Assembly: GCA_951406725.2 (NCBI GenBank)
Contig: OX597815.1
Location: forward strand, 97,526,001 to 97,590,000
Direction of reading: 5' to 3'
From: Octopus vulgaris
Lineage: Eukaryota
Length of the DNA: 64,000 nucleotides
Below are positions 13,297 through 26,984 of the stretch, piece after piece. The first letter of the stretch is position 1, and the number at the start of each line of letters is the position of its first letter. The notes under the pieces are model-generated. The model ran no database searches. It saw only the letters and a program-made list of their open reading frames with translations, and had not been told where the DNA came from. Both the position numbers and the translations under genes were made by a program.

Positions 13297-14659
13297 ATTA
13301 TTATTATTGTTCATCCATGTCGCTTTCGGCTCGCTTGTCGGAAAAGGATGACCACTTCAGACATGTTTTGAAAAGAGGAATAAATCTTACACAATGCTGT
13401 GATTTCCGTAAACATTATCTTGCCTTTGATACATTCAGTAATATTGCAGTGATTGATGCAAAGCTTTTCTTGCAACAAATATTTACCAGTATGTTAAAGA
13501 AAGTAGTGCACAAGATTTTGATTGGACAGATTTCAACATCAGCAGCTTTAATAACACGTATGGTCTCGCGTTTATCTCTGTATTTATTCCATAAATTTGA
13601 ACATAATCTGAAATTTATCAGCCGACATCGAGCGTTACGACTTAGGTAATTAATTTTAGAGTTCTTAGCTGTGGGTTTGTAAATAGTCAAACAGGATGCA
13701 CCTGTTGAAGACTATTCCAGAAAGAGTCAAAACTTGCATCTAATACTGTTCCGGCTTTTTCGAACCACGAAAAAAATATACATGAATTGTTAAATCGTAG
13801 CACACATTATTCGCTGACGATTTTACACACACATGCACACACACACAAACACACACACACATGAACACACACACACACGCACACCTACACATCCATACAC
13901 ACATATATGTACGTGTGTGTTTATATATACAAATTGTTAGTAATCTAAATAGAAGTGTAGTGGAAAATACCGAAAAAATATATTAGAATTAATTAGAATT
14001 TAATTATATTTTTCAAATATATGAATACAATTGAGAGGTTTCGCATTAGATTTTTTTAAATGCACACTGTATGAAGCTGTGTCATGAATCATAAGTATTT
14101 TTTAAGTGTGTATGTCTCATATACATACATTTATGCGTATACATACGTAATATATCTTAAGGCCGTTTTAAGCAGCTCCATTTAATTGATAATTGAAAAC
14201 ATTACATCAATTTGAAAGACTTCGTGCGACATAAAATCTAAATCTTAAGCAATTACGAATTTTTTAAAAATTGTTTTTCTTTGTGTTTGGAATCTGTATG
14301 GCTATCTGCGTCTGAAGAGAGCCGTTTCTTTCAAACTGATGTAATGATTTTATTGATCAATTAAGTGGAGCCTTTTGAAACACCCGTAATGTTTTGACAC
14401 CTGTACATTCTTGTTACTTATTTACATTTAGTACAACTAATTTAGAGCTGCGCTGACTAAGCCGAACTGGGAAGGTGCCTCAATTTAATGTCCTAATTCA
14501 ACTAAATCTTAATTATATTTTACACATACATATGTGTGTATGCATGCATGTATGTTTGTATGTGTATATATATATGTGTGTGTGTGTGTGTGCGTGTGTA
14601 TGAACAAATGCTTATATATGTGTGTATATACGTGTATATACACACATAATGTCACATGT

Positions 14660-15630
14660 TAACACATTTATTTGCAAGTAAGTAACTCTCTGTTTTAAAT
14701 TTTTCCAGGTTCATATGATTACGTTCAAGGTAGCTTCGTCATTCATACGTGCCATCCTTGCTACATTCACGCATCTTTTTTTGAAACATTCGCTAGACAA
14801 AACTTGCCTCTCTACTCTCACTTTCCTTTTCAAGTGATACTTGAAAAAGTTGATGAGAGATTGACCAGAGAGGAAAGTGTTTGTCTTCAATTCTTTCAGA
14901 CGCATCCACCAGATACATTCTTTTGCCATAGTCACAACTATGATGAAAATAGCTCTTCCTTCCCGTTTGAAGGAAGAAGGCGTGATGATATTGACGATAG
15001 ACTCGGCTGATAAACCGACTCGTCCGACACGTGACAGCAGTCGTTCGACATAAGCCCACAGGTCGGATATGGTTAAGCACTGCACGAGTGCGTGCAGAAC
15101 GGTTTCGTCGCTCTGCCCGCATCTCGAGCAGGTCAGCCCCGTGTTTCTCGAGCCGTGTCTGTAGAGCTTAATTCGAACGGGTAATGCTTCTCGATAGCAC
15201 TGCCAGGTCAGGCAAGTTGTCCATGGGTCCTGAACAGGCGGGTCACGTATTCCTCATCGACGCCCAGGTTCGACCCGAGCTCGTTGTCGTACCTCTCCTC
15301 CACTAATCCCTTATAGAGTGCTTTAGTTGTGTTGAAGTCGCTCAAGGTCAACTCGGGACGGCATAGTTGCTTGAGAGCAACGCGACACTCGCGGTGCCAT
15401 TTGCCCTTCCTCGACCTCTTTTTGTTCCATGACTGCAGTTCGGTAATGGAGACGAGTTGCGGGAAAGCCTGTCTCACAAACGGTGACCACACCTGTTCAT
15501 CGTCGTCTACGTAGAGCCGGAGATGTCGCATTCTCAGCGTGTGCCTGCGCATCATCAACCACGACATGTCCAATCCTCCTTTTACACTCCTCCTTTGACA
15601 ACGCAAAACACGAAGGGTGTGTCAGAGCTA
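14660..15630 (-). mobile_element. Tx1/L1-clade LINE 3' fragment
   Basis: KGGLDMSWLMMRRH (GGLG-like block) and CCHC knuckle CSRCGQSDETVLHALVQC at ~15078-15131. Stop at 14711 with AATAAA downstream. GC-rich relative to its flanks. Confidence 0.8.
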
Positions 15631-15631
15631 G

Positions 15632-15728
<97 letters not shown>
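15632..15728. repeat. (GATA)n/(GACA)n microsatellite
   Basis: Direct reading. Confidence 0.95.
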
Positions 15729-15729
<1 letters not shown>

Positions 15730-16357
15730 AAGACATACAGGTAGATTAATTTACTTGTACCATACCGGCTGTGTCTTGAGAATAGATTCAGCAAAATAAG
15801 CCGGGCAATTCATGTGTTGACATAATGCCATATGTCGGCTGATGTTGTCTTCCATTCACAGAATAATGCCAAATATTTGTACTGGGCTTACACAGTATAT
15901 TTTTGAAATCTGAATCCTCTACAAATTATTTAAACATTTCTGATATTTTATATGTTACATTTAGAAATTAATTATAGATTAGTCATAAATATATACAGCT
16001 ATAGCCATTTAGATTCCTATCAACATACTTTTAAGATGCTGGTATTTAAATGTTTGACATCAAACTGAATACTTGTTTGAAAATTTCAATAGAAATTGCA
16101 ATAACAATGGCTGCTACATTTCTCTTCATAAAATTGTCAATATTATTTGTCATGTTGATGTTAGGATAATCATCTCGGTAAGCTGATCATCATTATGCAT
16201 TACATCATAAAATAATAACAGACATGTAAATGATTTCTCAGATTTCTCGTTAGCTTCCATGTGAGCTTTACATATTCATAACACACAACACAATATACAT
16301 GTCACTTCCACCATCTACTAATCGGATACTATTCATTCCATTAATTTATCATATCAT

Positions 16358-16665
16358 GAAGGCATGTATCTTAGTTGTTGGGTTATTCGGCCTACGATCG
16401 TAAGGTCACGAGTTGGAGTCCTAGCGGCTCGTTGTGTCCTTGGGCAAGACATTATTTAACGTTGATCCCAGTTCACTCAGCTAGAAAAACTGTGTGGTAC
16501 TTGTATTTCATAGCGCCAGCCTTGTCACACTCTGTGTCAAATTGAATTTCCCTTAGAACTAAGTTAAAGATAGGCGTGTTGGTGGAGTGCTCAACCATTT
16601 TCACGTTAATTTCACGAGCAGGCTGTTCCGTTTATCGCATCAATGAAACCCTCGTCATCGTAATC
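16358..16665 (+). mobile_element. Old tRNA/CORE-like SINE related to family A (shared head, different tail)
   Basis: GAAGGCATG...TACGATCG...GTTGTGTCCTTGGGCAAGACA...CCAGTTCACTCAGCT aligns to 1747-1880. Confidence 0.7.
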
Positions 16666-17970
16666 TTAGCCACCGTGTCTTAGATTATAGGGCGCCGTGT
16701 GGTTAATCACTGTTTGAGGGAATTTGGCAAACATAACAATGCAATTTCTCTAAGCGAAGCACGGTCGCATTAAGCTCCTTATATTGTGATAATGAATTAG
16801 GTATTAGTGTTTAAATGTACATCTTTCTCCTAGAGGCACGTATGAAATATTTATAACGTTCAAATGTAAATACATATATATTTATATACATCTAAATTGA
16901 TACACATATTGGTTTCAAACTTTGGCACAATCAGCAATTTCGCAAGGAGAAGATAAGTCGATTTTTTTTCGACCATAGTGCTTCACTGGTATTTATTTTA
17001 TCTACCGCTAAGCGTTTTTCCACTGAGGTAACGATTCTGCCGACTAGCCACATTATAAATTGAAACACATATTAAAATTCCAGTAGCGTTTCTCAATCCA
17101 GAGTTTATGGTAGATAGAATCTGTTGAAGGAACCACGTGACGAACTCGAGTTCGGGGCCATGTAATTCTGCACTTAATTTAACCACCTCAATTGCTGTAT
17201 GTGAGTGCTTGTTGCCTGGTAGTTTATCAGAATTTCTATGTGGTTCGTATCTATGTGTTTATGCGTGGGTATTTAACACATTTGCTTGTGAAATAATCAT
17301 TGCAATTTTTGCAGTTATAATAAGTATGGTGTAAAATACATGGAAAATAGCACATCGAATTCATCACTTGCACTTCTTTCCTATATTCTCATATAAATTG
17401 AGAATTGAAATATTATATTAACGCACCAATGTAATTGTAGCTTATATGGAAAACCATCTGTTAGTACTATGCAAAAAATACACATGAATATGTGTGTTTC
17501 TCTGTGCGTCTATGTGTGAGAATATTCTCTATATATTTGCATATTGCAAATAACAGCGAACGATATGCCATTTCCAACTTGTCACTGAATTGATTGAATA
17601 GCAGATGATCAATGCATTACTTTACGTTTGCTTTCCATTTTCTTTCTCGTCCCACGTTGTGATATATAATCCAGAAAATATGATGTAGTTTACTCTTACG
17701 TTCCAACATTGTATTTTATTATAAAATATGCAATAAACTGGTGAACTTCTTGAAGGAATACATAATTGACACATCCATACAATAATGTAAACATTCAGCT
17801 ACATTTAGAGAAAAACATTCTGTCTAATCCTAACGTGTCATAAATGTCAGGAATTTGTATCAAATGGGCATCTGCTGGGAACTCCATGATTTTCAGAAAT
17901 GTTGGATTCTTAATTGATTTCTGTAAAATGATTGTTACCTTCATCTTCACATGATTAATATTCACAGACG

Positions 17971-18038
<68 letters not shown>

Positions 18039-18066
18039 AGGGCTTAGTAAAATATATATATATATA

Positions 18067-18406
18067 GTGAAGGCGCATGACTCAGTGGTTAGAGCGTCGA
18101 GCTTACGATCGAGAGGTTGGGAGTTCGAATCCCGGACCGGGCTGCGTGTTGTGTTCTTGAGCAAGGCACTTTATTTCACGTTGCTCCAGTTCACTCAGCT
18201 GTAGAAATGAGTTGCGACGTCACTGGTGCCAAGCTGTATCGACCTTTGTCTTTCCCTTGGATAACACTGGTGGCGTGGAGAGGGGAGGCTGGTATGCATG
18301 GGCGACTGCTGGTCTTCCATAAACAACCTTGCCCGGACTTGTGTCTAGGAGGGTAACTTTCTAGGTGCAATCCCATGGTCATTCATGACCGAAGGGGGTC
18401 TTTACC

Positions 18407-18410
<4 letters not shown>
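18067..18410 (+). mobile_element. tRNA-derived SINE, family A, copy 2
   Basis: About 8 substitutions versus 1745-2088 by eye. B box GTTCGAATCC is intact. Inserted in (TA)n. Confidence 0.9.
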
Positions 18411-18460
<50 letters not shown>

Positions 18461-18465
<5 letters not shown>

Positions 18466-19240
18466 GCAGTGTACATTTAAACACATTTAGAGGTTTCAGT
18501 CGTAGGAACCCTTTACGCTAGAAAGAACATCTAAAGTCCAAACCACTAATTACGGATAAATTCTTGAAGGGAATGAAGAATAAAATCATTTACCATCTCT
18601 TTCCTGGACCATGGTTTCTGACTTATTTTAATAAATAAAATAATTTACCAGGCGAATTCTTCATCGACAGGGACGCCTAAGATTAAATATATAAATATAT
18701 AAATATTTTTCATTCCATTCTAGAATTTATTCGTAATTAGTGGTTTGGACTTTAGCTGTTCTTTCTAGCATAAAGGATTCCTACAATGGAAACGTCTTAG
18801 CGTGTTTAAATGTACACTGTATTTTATATGAATAATATATAGTCTATTGCCTGATTTTTCTATACGCTAGGCCACTGTTAGTAAAACTTTCTAAAATCTT
18901 TATTACTCTGATATTATTAATTATGTATACTGATTTCTGGTAGATTCGTTCGAAGAATTTGCCGGCATCGTTATGCTGCCGGTAAAAAGACTGCGCTTGC
19001 GCGGTGGATTTGAAAAAATTTGAAAAAGATTTTTAATGTATAAGCAATGAAGCACATGTTGGTTTAGTATCGTTGTTTATATATTTAATATTTGGCGTAC
19101 ATATTGATGAAGACTTCGCCTTGTAAATTATTTTATTTACTAAAATAAGTCAGAAATCATGGTCCAGGAAAGAGATGGTAAATGTTTATCTTTTTCATCC
19201 CCTTCGAGAATTTATCCGTAATTAGTGGTCTGGACATTAG
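18461..19240. repeat. Composite overlapping inverted-repeat element
   Basis: 18461-18580 is inverted at 18703-18828, and 18535-18668 is inverted at 19104-19240. Confidence 0.85.
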
Positions 19241-19259
19241 TATTCCCTCTTTACTATAT

Positions 19260-19770
19260 GCACAAGTCCTGAAATTTTTGCGACAGGAGAGCTAGTCGGT
19301 TGCATCGACCCCAGTGATCAACTGATGTGTCGATTCCACAAAAGGACGAGAAGCAAAGGTCGATCTCAGTGGAATTTTAACACTTAACGTAGAAATTGAC
19401 GAAACATTGCCGGAGTGGCTGTGTGGTAAGTAGCTTGTTTAACAACCACATGGTCCCGGGTTCAATCCCACTACGTTGTACCTTGGACAAGTGTCTTCTA
19501 CTATAGCCTCAGGTCGACCAAAGCCTTGTGAGTGGATTTCGTAGAAGGAAACTGAAGAAGCCCGTCGTATATATATATATATGTTTGTGTGTGTGTGTGG
19601 GGGGGTGTTTGTTTGTGTGCCTGTGTTTGTCGCCATCGCTTGACAATCGATGCTGGTGTGTTTAAGACCCCCGTAACGCAGCGGTTCGGCAAAAGAGACC
19701 GATAAAATTAGTAAAAGGCTTACAAAGAATGAGTCCTTCCCGGAGTGCTAACAGTTCTGCTAGCTCCCCG
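19260..19770 (-). mobile_element. Degenerate SINE family B interrupted by a family C insertion
   Basis: 19260-19410 plus 19740-19770 align to the intact copy at 26722-26958. Confidence 0.7.
19412..19739 (+). mobile_element. tRNA-derived SINE family C with internal (TA)/(TG) repeat, 3'-truncated
   Basis: A box TGGCTGTGTGG, B box GTTCAATCCC, CORE-like ACCTTGGACAAGTG. Reverse-strand homologue at 60400-60760. Confidence 0.85.
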
Positions 19771-21771
19771 TTTACGAAATATCAATATTGAAATGTCTTT
19801 TTACGCGTACAAGTTACATTGTTCCCAGGTATATTTATTTCCTAAATTGATATAGATGATTTGAAAGCAACTATAACGCTATAAAATAGATTTGAATGAT
19901 TAAAACATACAATATTCTGGTTCGATAACGTAATGAATAGAGGTGTGTGGAAATAGCCCTTCAAAAGAGGATTGCATGATACAATAAGTAAAAATATATA
20001 TATTAAATTAGAAAATCCTAAAATTTGTTCGTGATAACTTTATTATATGGCAGTAATGAAATTGAATATTATATTTTATGTACATTTTTATTATAGTTTT
20101 CATTTTTTCGTGAATATATCTTCGTTTTCTCATTCTACTTAGAATGCGAGCTAACTGCATTCAAAATCTATGAAGTATATTTTGCTGTTCTGGTTAAATT
20201 TATATTCATCCTAGTTATATTCCTTGTCTTACTAATACAATGCTAGTTAATCTACGTTTCCTTTTTCAAAACGTCCATATAAAAATTTGAAGAATACAGA
20301 GATTTGTCACCCACGATGATAGCATTTGTAGTTTGTACTTCTCCCTATCAGTATATACTTTTTGAAAATAATAATCTAGTCAATAGCATTGAATGTACTG
20401 TCTGATATATATAAGAATTGGAGGAAATATTTGACATCGCTCACGGTAATGGAAAGGCTCTGACAAGCTGACTGAGTTGATTGAATGAAGAACTGATTTG
20501 TTAATTAGTTAACCAGTTAACAGCTAGTAGTATGAAATAACACGTGTGTGTGTTTGTGTGTGTGTGTGTGTCTGAGAGAGAGAGAGAGTTTTATTGGCAA
20601 AATGCCTTTGACCAAAATGGAACGATACATGTATATAATGCTGTTTTTCCATAAAAAAATATAGTGCAAGTCTTATCTGAAACGACTTTTATAAATTTGC
20701 TTTCCCAGAATGATTTACATTACTATGCGTAATGTTACTATATAAATTACCTGAATTTTCGTATTTCAGCGTGTTTTACAAATTATTGTTACCTACATAA
20801 CATCAATTAGTAGAATATGTAGTATTGATAAATCATTGTTGGCAATATCTATTAAGTCTGACAAAATAATTTAACATTTATGTGGTTTCCAAACATTCCC
20901 ATAGGAGAGCTGTAGCTGGGAGTAGAATGCCTTACAAATTAGCTACAATGGCATAATACATTGTGTCAGATTCCTTCTTGCGCAACAGCTATACAAATAT
21001 TGATTCATTAATATATGCGCGCCGAACAAATTTTAATTATATAACATGCATATAACAGAATCCAGAGCAAATGAATGGAAAATATTTGAAATATATTTAT
21101 GGCATTTTCATTGCCATAATTATTATCATCCAAGCATTTTCGCATTGTTCTGCATCATTTTTCCATTCGTATTAATAATAAAGAGATAATAAAATATGCA
21201 CTTCTCAGTTAAGGCTGAAGCATATCCAGTGGTGACGTCTGAACTTACCAAACTCAGATTAATATTAATCAGTGAGCTAATGCTTTCTTTCCTTGCTATG
21301 TAAGTATTAGTAATTGATTAGATTTGTTTTCTCAGTGCATTAAGTATAATGCTACTAACTTAAGTGAATGGTTGAGGTAGTATCCTCTCACTGTGGGTGC
21401 TCGATGTGATCAGTATAACACTAATTAGATAAGTCAAAATCTATTTATCAAATCAAATAAGATTATATTCAGTGTGTTATGGATGATACATTGGACAAAG
21501 TGGAAATTCATATCTAGAAGGTTTAAAAGTCATAAACCTGATGTCTCCCAAGATAATATATAAATAAATTCTTGAGTAGAGTTTAACATCGAAGTATTGG
21601 AAAATGATAATTAATAATATCAATCACAAATGAATATATTATATATTACCAATTGTATCGTTATTACTAACTAGAGAGCGCTAGATTATATCGTCCGATG
21701 AAAATTTCGCAGTGCTCATAAAAATGATGTATAAATATTTCTCTCTCTTCCTCTCTTTCGCTCTCTCTCCG

Positions 21772-21928
<157 letters not shown>

Positions 21929-22711
21929 CTGAAAAGGAGTGAAGAATCCGTACAAATCAAAAGTTATTGTAAAAATGTAAAGGTGTAAACAGCACGAAAG
22001 TATGTTTAATTTTTTTTCTCTTATATTTCTTACATAAACTGACTTTTATAAAATATTTCCATTTCTATGTATGTAAACTATAGATCAATAATAAGGATCA
22101 ATACTTCATACTTACATTCATAAAGAATTCTGCCATCGAATCTTTGACACAAAATTAATTCTTTTCTCAAAACTACATATTCTCAAAAGGAAAGCTCACA
22201 CACACACATCATAAGAAAACAAACACACACCGCATAATATACACAGACATCACAACATGATTTTCCTCTTCCAAACACTTTCAGTAAAATTGTTGACCTC
22301 AATTAAAGTCAATTATACACACAATCTATACACACAGCTGACCATATTCTCAATAGGAAAGGAATTTGCCTTCCATTTAATAAAATTCTCCACCCCGCCT
22401 TAATATATACATGCAGCTGACTTTATTGTGAATAAAAACTAAATAAAAAGTTTTTACAGAAAAATAATTACTTCTCCAAAATAACATATTTAAAAAACAA
22501 AATACACACACGGCTGATCACATACTGAATGGAAATTTACTATTCAATTGAAATGGATTATTTTCATTCTAATAGACTCTCTGATATTTAACTCCTTGAA
22601 TCTCATTCTAAACCTCTACATAGCATAGAAAAGATATGACAGAATCCCAAATATGTTCGTAACTACATATAAATTATGAGAGCAAACTGTTTTTAATTTC
22701 AATTGTTTCTT

Positions 22712-22758
22712 ATACACTAACGTTTGAGTTTGAATTTTTACTACTTCATCAGGTGGAT
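22712..22758 (-). ncRNA. Decayed hammerhead-like motif with intact CUGAUGA
   Basis: ATCCAC-CTGATGA-A-GTAGT...ACTC-AAAC-GTTA-GTGTAT. The G of GAAA is missing. Confidence 0.4.
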
Positions 22759-22887
22759 GTACACATCTAAACCGGTAGTATTTCATAAAAGTCACTTAAT
22801 GTAACAAATATAAAGAAAGCTTTAAACAACGTCATAGCTCATTCCACTTTTACTTTATATATATATACATACATTCACGCATATATA

Positions 22888-22922
<35 letters not shown>

Positions 22923-23914
22923 GAATATATATGTGTGTGTGTGAGTGAATATATAAATACTTGTAATATAAAGAGGGAAGGTATAAGAAGGAAGTATTTA
23001 TTTTGACTGACATTCGTATAGCTTCGCAGCATTTTATTTTAATGCATAATAAAATAATATTAAGTTATTGCACATGCCTATAATAATGTATATAATATAA
23101 ATTATATGATACCGTTGTATAATTTATAAATTAATACATGTAAAAATAAAGCTTGCTTATCAGCTCAGAGAATATCATAGTTATTTACTTTCATCAATAC
23201 CATAGATATACATCGACTTTCAAAACATAAAACATTCTCTTCCCCCACCATAATCCATTGTTTAAATTTCAATATCTTGCTAAATCTCCCTCCTGTCTCA
23301 TATATTAAACCATTTTGTTAATGTTATTACTTATTGTCTTCCATATATCAATATTTTGAAATTTGACTCTGCTTTTGAGTATAAGTTGTACTAGTGAAAG
23401 TAATGAATTTAAACTTGCATTAATTTATAAGTTATATAATTGTCTTATATAATAATATTATATATCTTACAAGCATGTAAAATAATTTATTACCGATTTA
23501 ATTTATTATTATACACTAAAACAAATTGTTTTTATATAATTAAGGCTGCGAAACGATCGTAGTTATTTGGATATCAAATGGTTAAATGAATATGTTCATC
23601 TTATACAACCTCTCTTTTTTATTATATTTTATACACACCTAATACAATTATCACTACCAGTTTGGTCTACTGGATTTCAGCTGCAGTGGACCATACATTA
23701 CATCTCTTTTTTGTTTTGTTTTGGTTTACAATGTGGTTTTTAGCCAGATCCATTAAAGGAGCTTTTTAAGGGTACGACTGGGTTAGTTAATTCTGTTTAT
23801 TGTACATTAGATGTAAATTATGTGTGTGTATCTATATATATATATATATATGTGTGTGTGTTTGTGTGTTAAGCAGAACATTTCCATATATGCATATAAT
23901 TGTATATTATTATC

Positions 23915-24215
23915 ATCATCACGTGACCGACCAGTCCATTAGATGTAGTTACACATCGCTGGTCACAATGCGTTCGCATTGTTTTAGCCTTCGAATGACG
24001 CCACCCCGCCGGCTAAGCGAGCAGGCCAACAGAAGAAAGAGTAGGAGAAAGAGTGGTGAAAGAGTACAGCAGGGACACCACCCCATATCGGAGCCTCGTG
24101 GAGCTTTTAGGTGTTTTCGCTCAATAAACACTCACAACGCCCGGTCTGGGAATCGAAACCGCGATCCTACGACCGCGAGTCCGCTGCCCCAACCACTAGG
24201 CTATTGCGCCTCCAC
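23915..24215 (-). mobile_element. tRNA-derived SINE family D
   Basis: Minus-strand head GTGGAGGCGCAATAGCCTAGTGGTT...GGTTTCGATTCCC with A and B boxes. The head is shared with 53250-53539. Confidence 0.85.
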
Positions 24216-24761
24216 ATATTATTATATATCAGCTTTTATTTTAGTTTAGTCAGGAAGGAAACAAGAGCAAGATCCATGAAATTCATCAGGGACTTCTTCA
24301 TTTTGTAGGAAAAAACAACTTAAAACTAAAAATATGGTCTGAATTGTTGCATTAAAACTGAATGTGCAACTGTTGAGGAAATATATATATATAACTTGAA
24401 AAAAAAGGGGTTTGTAACAGTGATTTTAGATTCGTTTCTAGGTGCCATTAACACACATAGTTATTTATCTTCGGGTTTAATGACATTATTTCGTATTCTG
24501 ATTCACACTTTTTGTTAAAATATTGTTGTTTTCATTAGTTTATAAAACTAAATTATTTCAAAGTAAGGGTAAACACTGATATTGCTCGCTTTCTTCTAAC
24601 CGTATTCATAGCGAGTTATGTGCAAAATGCATTACCTACAAAAAGATTTTTCTTCATGCCATTCATTGTATATATCTTGCAGACATATTAATCGGAGAGG
24701 TATAAAAAAAAGTTAATTGCAAAATGAAATTAGCGCGATACGCAATGATGGGAAATGACCC

Positions 24762-24975
24762 CTTAAAACACTGAATACTTACTACGGTTGCAAAAACTGG
24801 TGGATAGAGGTTTCATCTGTATACATGATACTGAAAAAGCAACGAAATTATAAAAAAGACATATACTCCGGAAAAAAGAATTATTTATATATGATTTTTC
24901 ATGTATACGGATTCAAACCTCCATCCACCAGTTTTTGCAGTTGTAGTTATTATTCAGCATTGTGTTTTTTTAAGA
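24762..24975. repeat. Imperfect inverted repeat (~65-bp arms)
   Basis: TGCAAAAACTGGTGGATAGAGGTTTCATCTGTATACATGA versus TCATGTATACGGATTCAAACCTCCATCCACCAGTTTTTGCA. Confidence 0.85.
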
Positions 24976-25751
24976 TATATGTATGTATGTATATGTATGT
25001 GTGTATGTACGTATGTATGGATGGATGTGTGTATTCTTTATCTGTTGGGTAACCTGGCTAACATTGGCTTCATGTCGAAAGTGATATCTCTCTACATTAA
25101 TTCAAGTCCGTCACATGAAGTGTTTTTGTTCGTCTCTATCTTGGATGAAAACGTAATAAAGCTCAATAAAATTACGTGATATTCCGCAAGGTTTTGGAGT
25201 AGACAAATCAACATGCACGTCGGAGGTGAACAACTCCCGAATTATTATCCCTAATGTATTTAATTGGAATTTTATAAATATTAAGTCTAATTTTGATTTT
25301 TTATGCATAAACACATAACTATTACTGCATTAAGCGTATGTAGTAGATCGTATTTGCATATATGTGTGTACGCCTGATAGCAGAGCTTCACATGTTTTTC
25401 ATATGTTATTATGAATTCCTAGGACTGTATATTTATAGGTATGTGTATATATTTTTACAAATGTTTGTGCATATATTCATAATTTTGTGTGGCTGTTACA
25501 ATGTACTATTCTGCCACATTTAATTTGGGATCCATAGTTGCCTCCACTAACAGACACAAACAACAACTTCAGTCTATGGAGTCTGAAATTTGTGCCACTA
25601 CACCCCAGCTGAACCCACCTAGTAGCATTAATACAACCCTTAGTAACCCCTCTCGACTAAATACTAAGAAACTGAAAGCATCTTCCCACATGGCCACATA
25701 TACTGATACCGATTATATCTTCAGTTCTTTACTGATATTGGAACATAGCAA

Positions 25752-26532
25752 TTTGAATAGAGGAAGGTGAACAGAGAGTGAGGGAAAGGTTGATAGGTTA
25801 GTATCCAATTGGATGAAGTTGTATTAAGTGGTTTTCGAAAGAATACCACTTGTGAGGAAGGGGAGGCTGTGAGGAAAATGGGATGAATGGCGGCATAACA
25901 TCGCCATCACTAGTGATCACTCCAAATAATGTGATGTTGACTAGATGTTTGATTTTTATCACTCTCGGTACATGTTTTGGGGACACGACAAGCCAAAATT
26001 TGTTCTATTTGTTCACCACCTGTTCGTAATGGATCTTCCGGAGCGAATTTCAAACACACAGCAGGTTGATTCCAAATTTCTGGCAGATTCAATTGCGTTA
26101 TGAGGATATTTTTTCTCACAAATAGTGCCCTAGGCGACATTTTACGCATCGCATCCTGCAACAGCTCCTCATTGCTTCATAGATTCTCAGATGTGATATT
26201 CTCTTATAATCATAGGTACTTCTTATCATTTGACCATTTTGCTAAATCAATATACTCCCATAATTATAATTATCTTTAATTAAAATTAATCTCGAGGTAG
26301 GACAAGATTAGCCTATCAACTTCACCCTCCACTAATACCGGACTTCCTACTAAATTATTCCTTCATGTGATTACCTTGCAAGCTCCTCTTACCCACCACA
26401 TCCCACATCCCTCACACCCTCCCCATCCGCACAAGTGGTATCCTTTCCAATACCACTTTATACAACTTCACCTAATTGGATACTAACCTATCAACCTTTC
26501 CTTCTCTCTCTGTTCACCTTCCTCTATTCAAT
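25752..26532. repeat. Inverted repeat, ~110-bp arms (25752-25863 and 26421-26532)
   Basis: TTGAATAGAGGAAGGTGAACAGAGAG... versus ...CTCTCTGTTCACCTTCCTCTATTCAA. Confidence 0.85.
25880..25990 (-). mobile_element. Short mariner-like (maT/DD37D) transposase fragment
   Basis: IKHLVNITLFGVITSDGDVMPPF resembles the KHPxxxMVFG...G block. Confidence 0.6.
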
Positions 26533-26721
26533 GTCATACGCCTCTGATTACCTCAGTACTCCCCCTCCAATACCAGACAACATTTATTTTTACATACCAT
26601 AGTAATCTCCCTCTGCCACTAAATTACACACTTTCCCTCCTTCAAATAATTGCCATTCCTTCACTATCTCACCTTCCAATAATTCTATAGCTGTCATTCC
26701 TAAACTTTGAGACCTATACAC

Positions 26722-26958
26722 AATACCTATTTCTTTACTACCAGCATGGGGCTACATACAGAGGGGACAAACAAGGACAGACGAACGGATTAAGTAGATT
26801 ATATCGACCCCAGTGCATAACTGGTACTTATTTAATCGACCCCGAAAGGATGAAAGGCAAAGTCGACCTCGGCGGAATTTGAACTCAGAACGTAGCGGCA
26901 GACGAAATACTGCTAAGCATTTTGCCCGGTTCGCAAACGTTTCTGCCAGCTCACCGCC
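26722..26958 (-). mobile_element. tRNA-derived SINE family B, near full length
   Basis: Minus-strand head GGCGGTGAGCTGGCAGAA...GAGTTCAAATTCC followed by GTCGACTTTGCCTTTCATCCTTTCGGGGTCG. Several other copies in the window. Confidence 0.85.
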
Positions 26959-26984
26959 TTTTTCTTCTAGTGAAAATTCTGTAG

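Noticed and set aside
13300-13740. Possible Penelope endonuclease C-terminal relic
   Set aside because: Only weak similarity and no GIY-YIG motif seen
21209-21299. Possible 91-nt exon (CTTCTCAG...GTAAGT, one open frame)
   Set aside because: The peptide has no recognisable iGluR similarity and the phase does not fit the 48037 exon
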